Of a DNA stretch of 38,114 bases, positions 18,312 through 24,807 are shown piece after piece. The stretch is from assembly GCA_021162245.1 (NCBI GenBank), contig JAGGZD010000029.1, positions 1-38,114 on the forward strand, in the 5' to 3' direction. Source of the DNA: Dehalococcoidia bacterium. GTDB lineage: Bacteria; Chloroflexota; Dehalococcoidia; GIF9; AB-539-J10. The notes under the pieces are model-generated. The model searched no databases. It was given only the letters and a program-made list of their open reading frames with translations, and was not told where the DNA came from. Positions within the stretch are counted from its first letter, which is position 1, and every line of letters starts with the position of its first letter. Made by a program: the position numbers and the translations under genes.

Positions 18312-18677
18312 ATGAAGATGAATTGTCAGGAAGTGGGGAAACTGGGCGAAAAATTAGCCCGTAAATTTCTCAAAAAAAGAGGTTATCATATCAGGGAGAC
18401 AAATTTTCGTTGTCGTGAAGGAGAAATAGATATTGTGGCTCAGCAAAAGGACTGTCTTGTCTTTGTTGAGGTTCGTACAAAAAGTAATTTGGACTTTGGT
18501 AGCCCTGAAGAATCAATAACGCTGGCTAAGAAGAAAAAATTAATCGCCTTAGCTGCAATCTATATAGATACCCACCAGAACTTATCCTCCTTGTGGCGCA
18601 TAGATGTTGTAGCTATAGAGATTGACCAAAATGGCAAAACCAAGCGCATTGAGCTTATTGAGAATGCTATTAGCTGA
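18312..18677 (+). CDS. yraN: YraN-family (UPF0102) endonuclease-like protein
   Basis: 121-aa ORF containing GEIDIVAQQKDCLVFVEVRTK. It has the usual rnhB-yraN synteny. Confidence 0.8.
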   Translation: MKMNCQEVGKLGEKLARKFLKKRGYHIRETNFRCREGEIDIVAQQKDCLVFVEVRTKSNLDFGSPEESITLAKKKKLIALAAIYIDTHQNLSSLWRIDVVAIEIDQNGKTKRIELIENAIS

Positions 18678-19047
18678 GAGCTATAAAGTAACCATTAGAT
18701 ACAGCGAGGGCTGGCTGAACAAGCTCCCATAAATGTTTCGATAAACTGGCAATAGTTGCTGAGGGGTTGAAGGCAATTTCCGTGCCGTCCAAGCCCAAAA
18801 CGCGTGCACCCTCAGGGAAATGACTTTCGTAACATATGTTGGCTCCCACTTTGCCATACGCGGTATCAAAGACGGGGTAGCCTAAGGCACCTGGCTTAAA
18901 ATAGAACTTCTCCCAAAAACCAGGCAGATGGGGTATATGGTTCTTCCTGTACTTTCCAAGCACTCTACCATCGGCATCAATGATAGCGCAAGTATTATAA
19001 TAAACTCCTGTTATCTCCTTCTCATACATGGGAACTATTAAAACCAA
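18670..19047 (-). pseudogene. internal fragment of a carbon-nitrogen hydrolase (N-carbamoylputrescine amidase / beta-ureidopropionase-like)
   Basis: The 125 codons match only the central part of the family: HIPHLPGFWEKFYFKPG, the catalytic-Cys region ANICYESHFPE, and NPSATIASLSKHLW. A TAA stop lies immediately upstream of the first homologous codon. Homology stops at NGYFIA, where the ORF runs into the yraN stop codon. About 90-100 aa appear to be missing at each end. Confidence 0.7.
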
Positions 19048-19227
19048 TTACTATATAAGGATTGTAGCGTAGTCGAGTGAACGTTTTCTAAGAAATTTTG
19101 AACTGGAACAATGATTAGTGAACTTTATGCAAATCCATGTACTCAAGTAATAACTAATAATAACACCGGGCAAGGAAAATAAAGAGGGAGTGGAGCTTAC
19201 CACAGATGGCTAAATACATGGCTAAAA

Positions 19228-19236
19228 TGGTATTAT
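19228..19236 (+). promoter_or_regulatory. candidate extended -10 element TGGTATTAT upstream of the glycerate kinase gene
   Basis: A TGnTATTAT element lies 31 nt upstream of the ATG at 19268. A weak SD-like GGTGAAG sits in between. Confidence 0.25.
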
Positions 19237-19267
19237 TTAGCGAGATATTGATGTATGGTGAAGATGA

Positions 19268-20647
19268 ATGCTGGTAAAGAACGCTGACGAACTGATTAAA
19301 AGTGCTTGTACTCCAAAACTGGCTGAAATCAGGAAAATCCTGATTGAGTTAGTGAACAGTGCCATCGAAGCAGGAAGTCCCTCTTCTAGCATACGAAAGT
19401 GGGTGAAACTTGAAGCAGATAAGCTTAAGGTAGGGGATTATGAGGTTAACCTTAATGAAGTTGGGAAGATTGTAGCGATAGGTGGTGGCAAAGCCGGTGC
19501 GGCGATGGCGATAACGCTAGAGCAGATCCTGGGCGACCGGCTCACGGGAGGCATAGTAAATATTCCGAGAGGTACACTGTCTGGAAAGACAGCACATAAG
19601 ATCAAATTTATAGAAGCAGGACATCCTGTCCCCACCGAGTCTGGTGTGAAGGGGACCAGGCAGATGCTTGACCTCGTTGGTGGACTTGGTCCGCGGGACC
19701 TGGTGATCTGTTTAATCAGTGGTGGTGGCTCGGCACTCATGCCTCTTCCTGCAGAGGGTATAGAGCTTGGCGAATTGCAAGAGGTTACACAGCTTTTGCT
19801 AAAAAGTGGTGCTACTATACAGGAATTTAACGCAGTTAGAAAACACCTGTCTGCTTTTAAGGGTGGTCAACTAGCCAGGGCAGCTTTCCCAGCAAGAATC
19901 GTTACTTTGATTATCTCTGACGTAATTGGGGATAGGGTAGATACGATTGCAAGTGGGCCATCTTGTTGTGATTTGACTACTTACCAGGATGCTTTTTCAG
20001 TGCTGGAGAAGTACGAACTTATGGGGAAAATACCAACAAGCGTCATGGTTCGCTTGAGGAGTGGGGTAGAGGGTGTGATACCCGAAACGCCTGGTAGCGG
20101 AGAGGAATGTTTCCGAAAAGCCTACTACAAAATCATAGCGAGTAACACAAATGCTCTTGAAATGGCTGTGGAAGTTGGGAGAGCCCATAATCTCAACGTC
20201 CATGTTTTGATGACTGCGATGCAAGGTGAGGCGCGTCAGGTCGGCGATGATTTAGCTCGTGTTATGCGAGAAGTGTCCGAGACAGGAAGGCCAATCTCAA
20301 TTCCGTCTCTGTTGCTTTCAGGAGGCGAAACTACAGTGACTGTGAGAGGGAAAGGCAGGGGAGGTCGAAATCAGGAGCTCGTGCTTAGTGCTGCGCTAGG
20401 TTTAGCCGGCCTGACGAATGCGGCTATCGTATCCTTCGGCACAGATGGGATAGATGGCCCAACAGATTCCGCTGGAGCAATAGCGGATGGGTGCACGCTT
20501 TCGAGAGCGAAGGAGCTTGGGTTGGATATTTCCTCTTACCTTGATAGCAATGACTCTTATCATTTCTTCAAAGAGCTTGGGGACCTGGTAATGACTGGTC
20601 CTAGTGGAACCAACATAATGGATGTCGTGGCCGCAATAGTTTTTTGA
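19268..20647 (+). CDS. MOFRL-family glycerate kinase (TtuD / hydroxypyruvate-reductase-annotated family)
   Basis: 459-aa ORF with GGGKAGAAMA and SGGGSALM in the N-terminal domain, and SGGETTVTV and GTDGIDGPTD in the C-terminal MOFRL domain. It appears full length. Confidence 0.78.
   Translation: MLVKNADELIKSACTPKLAEIRKILIELVNSAIEAGSPSSSIRKWVKLEADKLKVGDYEVNLNEVGKIVAIGGGKAGAAMAITLEQILGDRLTGGIVNIPRGTLSGKTAHKIKFIEAGHPVPTESGVKGTRQMLDLVGGLGPRDLVICLISGGGSALMPLPAEGIELGELQEVTQLLLKSGATIQEFNAVRKHLSAFKGGQLARAAFPARIVTLIISDVIGDRVDTIASGPSCCDLTTYQDAFSVLEKYELMGKIPTSVMVRLRSGVEGVIPETPGSGEECFRKAYYKIIASNTNALEMAVEVGRAHNLNVHVLMTAMQGEARQVGDDLARVMREVSETGRPISIPSLLLSGGETTVTVRGKGRGGRNQELVLSAALGLAGLTNAAIVSFGTDGIDGPTDSAGAIADGCTLSRAKELGLDISSYLDSNDSYHFFKELGDLVMTGPSGTNIMDVVAAIVF
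19980..20006 (+). repeat. 27-bp exact direct repeat, copy 1 (CTTACCAGGATGCTTTTTCAGTGCTGG), inside the glycerate kinase gene
   Basis: Read directly from the sequence. It encodes ..YQDAFSVL.. of the kinase. Confidence 0.95.
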
Positions 20648-20690
20648 CGTCAATTACTAACTGGCATTGTAGCTGTGCTACAGGATAAAT

Positions 20691-20717
20691 CTTACCAGGA
20701 TGCTTTTTCAGTGCTGG
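20691..20717 (+). repeat. 27-bp exact direct repeat, copy 2, 43 nt downstream of the glycerate kinase stop
   Basis: It is identical to 19980-20006, and the flanking bases differ on both sides. Confidence 0.95.
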
Positions 20718-20755
20718 TATGTGGCGTGATTTTTCGCGGAGGATTAGCATTGGAT

Positions 20756-21030
20756 TTATATTCTCTTTTCTTCCTTTACGGTGATTTTGAAATGTCTTTT
20801 CTTTAATTGTTCAAAGAATTTAGCAGTATCCACGCACTCTTCGGGAGCCAAACCCCAAGTGGTATTCCCCTCCCCCTACTATCTCCTAATTCCCGTGCAA
20901 GGTGCTTTGCTTTTTCAACATTAAAATCTGCGATTATGACCTTTTCTATACCTTCTGAGCCTTCCCACGTAAGGTCTTTTGCGATGTCAGTGCCTACTGT
21001 TCCACATTCGCCTAACACTACAAACTTCAT
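20756..21030 (-). pseudogene. saccharopine-dehydrogenase-family relic with N- and C-termini joined by an internal deletion
   Basis: The N-terminal roughly 50 codons (MKFVVLGECGTVGTDIAKDL...KVIIADFNVEKAKHLARELGD) look like an SDH Rossmann start. After a junction near 20870 a different frame reads WGLAPEECVDTAKFFEQLKKRHFKITVKEEKRI*. That aligns with the C-terminus of the intact paralog at 24808-26079 (RGVICAECLEPIKFLNMMAAMGWPLKFNET). About 330 aa of the middle are absent. Confidence 0.55.
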
Positions 21031-21137
21031 GATTTGAGTCTCCTTATTTTGCGCTTCTATAATCTGTGGAAATATGAGACGATTGTAGCATAATTGCCCC
21101 TTATGGTATTTGCTTTCCCGAGCTATAGACTCCCTTC

Positions 21138-22358
21138 TTAATCCGTGAAGCGTGTTATGCTTGCTTGCTCCCCAAAAGGGATGGGTTTACCATGGACAAT
21201 AAGCTCGGCAAGAGCCTCAGCAGTTGCAGGCCCGTGAGACATGGCTGTTCCATGCCCTGCTGCTATAATAAATCCCCCAATTTCAGTCTCCCCCACGATG
21301 GGAATTCCATCAACTGTCCATGGGTCGAAATTAGCCCACGAGCGTATGATGTGGACATCTTTAAGCTGCGGGAGTGTCTTTTTAGCATTTGCTGCTATTA
21401 AAGTTAAACTTTCATAGGACGTATTTTTGTCATGCCCAACGAACTCAAAAGTTGTCCCGCATACTATATTATCGGAGACTGTAGGTTTGATATACAGCAT
21501 AGTATTATCCGCCAGTGCTCCTTGATGAAAGGGTTGTTGCCCAATGCGTGGTCTTTCTGCACTGACGTTACGTGTGTACGAAAAGCCTTGTACTGCTTCT
21601 TCCAGAGAAGAATCTCTGTGGATTTGTGTGCCCTGGATCACGCGATTCAGGACATGTGGTATTTGTTCTGTCACGAATGACTGTAATTTATGAGGATAAA
21701 CTGGTATTTTTAGCCCAACCATGTCCCCGATTTGGGAAGCCCAGCTACCTGCAGCATTTAGCACAATGCTGGTTTTGATCTCGCCCCTGTTTGTTATCAC
21801 ACTCTGGACGGATTGGTTATGGGTTCTTATCGACAGGACTTCAGTGTCTGTGTATATAGCCACCCCTCCTTTTCTCGCGGCTCTGGCGAAGGCTATGGTC
21901 GTTAGCATGGGATTTAATTGAGCATCTTCATGGCAGTAGACAGCGCCCATGATTTCTTCTGATAGTGCGGGTTCCAATTCTCTTACCTCAGGTGCACCCA
22001 GAAGCTGGAGTGGTATTCCCTGGCTTTGTTTTGAACGGGTGACTATTTCTGCCGCTGTTCTCTCGAGTTCTGTGAAAAACACAGTCATCCCGCCTTTCTT
22101 TTCATATTCGATATCCGTATCGAAAACTTCATTGATTAAGGTGGGATATAGCTCCAGAGATCTCCTGGCCATTGTCAGGTCGTAGCCCGGCTGACGGGTT
22201 TGTTCCCAGATCATTCCGTAATTTGCCCCTGATGCTTCAGAGGCAATACCCTTCCTCTCCAGCAGGACTACATCACGCGTATATTTGGAAAGGAAATAAG
22301 CGGCGGTACACCCTATGATACCCCCACCGATTATGACAACATCTGCGCACCTTTTCAT
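21138..22358 (-). CDS. FAD-dependent oxidoreductase, DAO family (OoxB / HcnC / sarcosine-oxidase-beta / proline-dehydrogenase-beta-like)
   Basis: 406-aa ORF with the N-terminal FAD fold DVVIIGGGIIGCTAAYFL and a family-typical length. It is the last intact gene of the minus-strand operon. Confidence 0.8.
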   Translation of the reverse strand: MKRCADVVIIGGGIIGCTAAYFLSKYTRDVVLLERKGIASEASGANYGMIWEQTRQPGYDLTMARRSLELYPTLINEVFDTDIEYEKKGGMTVFFTELERTAAEIVTRSKQSQGIPLQLLGAPEVRELEPALSEEIMGAVYCHEDAQLNPMLTTIAFARAARKGGVAIYTDTEVLSIRTHNQSVQSVITNRGEIKTSIVLNAAGSWASQIGDMVGLKIPVYPHKLQSFVTEQIPHVLNRVIQGTQIHRDSSLEEAVQGFSYTRNVSAERPRIGQQPFHQGALADNTMLYIKPTVSDNIVCGTTFEFVGHDKNTSYESLTLIAANAKKTLPQLKDVHIIRSWANFDPWTVDGIPIVGETEIGGFIIAAGHGTAMSHGPATAEALAELIVHGKPIPFGEQASITRFTD

Positions 22359-22375
22359 TTTTGTCGTTTCTGAGT

Positions 22376-22687
22376 TTATTTCCTCTCCGCGGTTTTATTA
22401 CCCTCTTGTGCAAGGAGGTCTAGCTTGATGGGGCGAAAAGGGGGCCGGGAAGTGGGTGGAGTAAGTGCCTCCAGGGGTTTGCCCGTTTTATCTCTCAGTA
22501 TTTTTGCAACTAGTCGCTGACATGTCCTGCCCTGACAAAGCCCCATGCCAGCCCGGGTGCTCCGCTTCACACTATCCAGCGTGTCGCCCCCTTTCCCTAT
22601 GGCTTCCTCAATGGTTTTCTGGGTTACCTCTTCACATCGGCAAAGGATTATATCTTTTTCTTCGCTTGTTTGGGTTTTTCTCTCCAT
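22376..22687 (-). CDS. BFD-like [2Fe-2S]-binding domain protein
   Basis: 103-aa ORF with the Cys pattern CRCEEV...GMGLCQGRTC, typical of BFD-like 2Fe-2S domains. Its start overlaps the upstream ORF by 40 nt. Confidence 0.7.
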   Translation of the reverse strand: MERKTQTSEEKDIILCRCEEVTQKTIEEAIGKGGDTLDSVKRSTRAGMGLCQGRTCQRLVAKILRDKTGKPLEALTPPTSRPPFRPIKLDLLAQEGNKTAERK

Positions 22688-22992
22688 TTTCCTAAACCTT
22701 CTTGAGTCTCTATTTTCATGCTTTTTTCTACCAGTGTGACGCAGGTTCTAATATTAGGAGTTCCGTTAACTGTCATAACACAATCGGTGCAAATCCCTCT
22801 GGCACAAAAAATACCTCTTGGTTCCTTCCGTTTTTTCGTTTTTCTTAACACCTTTATGTGTGAAGCTGTCAGAGCTGCTGCTATTGGCTCTCCCTCGTAA
22901 GCAGGTATAACTTTACCGTCGACTTCGATGCTAACCATGTCTTTTCTCAGGTCTCTTCCCAATATTGGATGGTTTTTTATTCTCAATCCCAT
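22648..22992 (-). CDS. (2Fe-2S)-binding protein, HcnA / SoxA-N-terminal type
   Basis: 114-aa ORF. The segment VSIEVDGKVIPAYEGEPIAAAL followed by CARGICTDCVMTVNG...IRTC is the Fer2_4-type pattern. Confidence 0.75.
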   Translation of the reverse strand: MGLRIKNHPILGRDLRKDMVSIEVDGKVIPAYEGEPIAAALTASHIKVLRKTKKRKEPRGIFCARGICTDCVMTVNGTPNIRTCVTLVEKSMKIETQEGLGKWREKPKQAKKKI

Positions 22993-23037
22993 AAAATGTA
23001 CTCCTTGTGCTTCAAATTCAGAAGGTGAGAACTCGAA

Positions 23038-23559
23038 CTATTGCTTTCTCTGCATACCTCCTGAAAGCCTTATATGTCTCACCTCCATGCATCTTTCTTT
23101 AGGTATAGTAAATGATACTATGGCGGTTTTATCAAATTTCTTGCTACTTCTAATTTGGACAATCTTAGCCATGCAAACCTTCTTTCCTTGTCTATCTAGA
23201 GCTTCAACTTGATCGCCGATGTTTGGCAAAGGCAGAAACTCGTATGGAATGCTGACCAAAGCCTCTGATTTGGTATGAGCCCCATTAACTACGAAGATGG
23301 CTAGTCCAGGGCAAGCAGCTATGCATAAACCGCAGCCAGTGCATTTAACTGCGTCTATAATGGGGAGATTGTTTATGTCGTCACCAATTTTAATTGCTCC
23401 TGTAGGGCAGCAAGCTTCACAAGGGTTGCAAGGAATCATTTCAGCGCATTCGATCACGGCAACCGGCCCTTTTTCGACTAATTCCATTGATGGAACGCCT
23501 GGCAACTCCATCAATTCTTGCTCCGATAAAACCCCGCTAGAACGCAGCATATTCAACAT
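23038..23559 (-). CDS. 4Fe-4S ferredoxin-domain subunit with a C-terminal domain of unknown function
   Basis: 173-aa ORF with one canonical cluster motif CTGCGLCIAACP and a second Cys group, CAEMIPCNPCEACCP. It overlaps the upstream gene by 7 nt. Confidence 0.75.
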   Translation of the reverse strand: MLNMLRSSGVLSEQELMELPGVPSMELVEKGPVAVIECAEMIPCNPCEACCPTGAIKIGDDINNLPIIDAVKCTGCGLCIAACPGLAIFVVNGAHTKSEALVSIPYEFLPLPNIGDQVEALDRQGKKVCMAKIVQIRSSKKFDKTAIVSFTIPKERCMEVRHIRLSGGMQRKQ

Positions 23560-24647
23560 TTATGAAATCTCTCTATGAGTTTTTCTTTACCTAGCTTAGA
23601 TTGTGTCGCAAATGGTCCTGCTCGTAAAGCATTAAGGCTTTCCTGCCTTTCTTTCATTAATTCTTTTGCCTTTCCTCTTTGCAGGTACCCCAGGGATTCA
23701 GCCGCAGCGATGCCGCTAATTTTGCCTTCTTCCATAGCCGTACTTGCTTCCTCTACTCCGCAAACATCGCCTGCTACGTAAATGCCCTTGATAGTTGTTT
23801 CCATCCTTTTGTTGTGCATGGGTGTCCAACCTCCTAGCTCTGCTATATGAATGGTTTGACATCCTGCTGACTGTGCTAATTCAGCCATGGGGCTGAGGCC
23901 CACTGCTATACATATTGTGTCTATCTCTAGGGTCCTTTCGGTTTCTGGGATTACCTTATTATCCTGTCCCACTCTTGCTATTACAGCTCCCTTAACTTCG
24001 TTATTCCCGAATGCTTCCTTAATTGTGTGGGAGGTAAGGATGGGAATTCCCAGTCTCCGAATTTTGCTGGCGTGCACACCCCAGCCTCCTATTTGGGGTA
24101 GAATATCTATTGCCGCCACCACATCAGCTCCTGCTTGCAGCAACTGGTAGGATACTATTAAGCCTACGTTTCCTGTGCCAACCATCAAAACTCTTTGCCC
24201 CGGCAGAACACGATGTAAGTTCATTAAAGTTTGTGTGGCACCGGCGCCAAGAACTCCAGGCAAAGTCCATCCTGGAAATGCGAGAGGATTTTCTATGGCA
24301 CCTGTAGCTAAGATCAACTTCCTGGTGTTCAATTTCTCTGTTGTGTTATTAGCATGCTTTAGCCCCAGTGCCTTGCCGTTGTCAAATACTGCCCAGACCT
24401 CAGTTCTTAGAAAAATCTGGACGTTCAGTTTTTCGCATTGCTCCAGTAGCTCATGTCCAATATCGATTCCCCTTATCCCTGCTTTGTGCTTTTCGGAACC
24501 GAAAAACTTGTGTATCTGTTTGAAAAGCTGACCTCCCGGCCTGGGGTTTTCATCAATAATTGTTACTTTGACGCCAGTTTTAGCAGCTTCGATGGCAGCA
24601 GCTAAACCTGCTGGCCCGCTTCCAACTATGGCTAATTCTGTTTCCAT
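23553..24647 (-). CDS. FAD/NAD(P)-binding pyridine-nucleotide-disulfide-oxidoreductase-fold subunit (OoxA / HcnB / SoxA-N-terminal-like)
   Basis: 364-aa ORF with two dinucleotide folds, IVGSGPAGLAAA and MVGTGNVGLIVS, plus IYVAGDVCG. It has no C-terminal GcvT-like folate domain and no fused 2Fe-2S domain. Confidence 0.8.
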   Translation of the reverse strand: METELAIVGSGPAGLAAAIEAAKTGVKVTIIDENPRPGGQLFKQIHKFFGSEKHKAGIRGIDIGHELLEQCEKLNVQIFLRTEVWAVFDNGKALGLKHANNTTEKLNTRKLILATGAIENPLAFPGWTLPGVLGAGATQTLMNLHRVLPGQRVLMVGTGNVGLIVSYQLLQAGADVVAAIDILPQIGGWGVHASKIRRLGIPILTSHTIKEAFGNNEVKGAVIARVGQDNKVIPETERTLEIDTICIAVGLSPMAELAQSAGCQTIHIAELGGWTPMHNKRMETTIKGIYVAGDVCGVEEASTAMEEGKISGIAAAESLGYLQRGKAKELMKERQESLNALRAGPFATQSKLGKEKLIERFHKC

Positions 24648-24807
24648 TGCCTGTTATGCTTTACGCTACTACGTGCCGCAGGTAGGCGGCTGGTTTTCTT
24701 ATCCCCCAATCATAGCTCTCTAAGTTTTTGTCTGAGGGGCATGCCCTCGCGAATGTTAAAACAACACTCTAATTCTTGTTTCTACTATTTTCCCTCATGC
24801 TGACGAA

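Noticed and set aside
19980-20717. I considered the 27-bp direct repeat as attL/attR of an integrated element or as a target-site duplication.
   Set aside because: The 711-bp interval contains only the 3' half of the glycerate kinase gene, with no integrase or mobile-element genes. Also, 27 bp is too long for a typical target-site duplication.
24734-24748. A GAGGGGCATGCCCTC hairpin sits between the SDH-like gene and the alpha-like gene, and I considered it as an internal terminator.
   Set aside because: The stem is only 5 bp, and on the transcribed (minus) strand it is followed by an A-rich rather than a U-rich tract.
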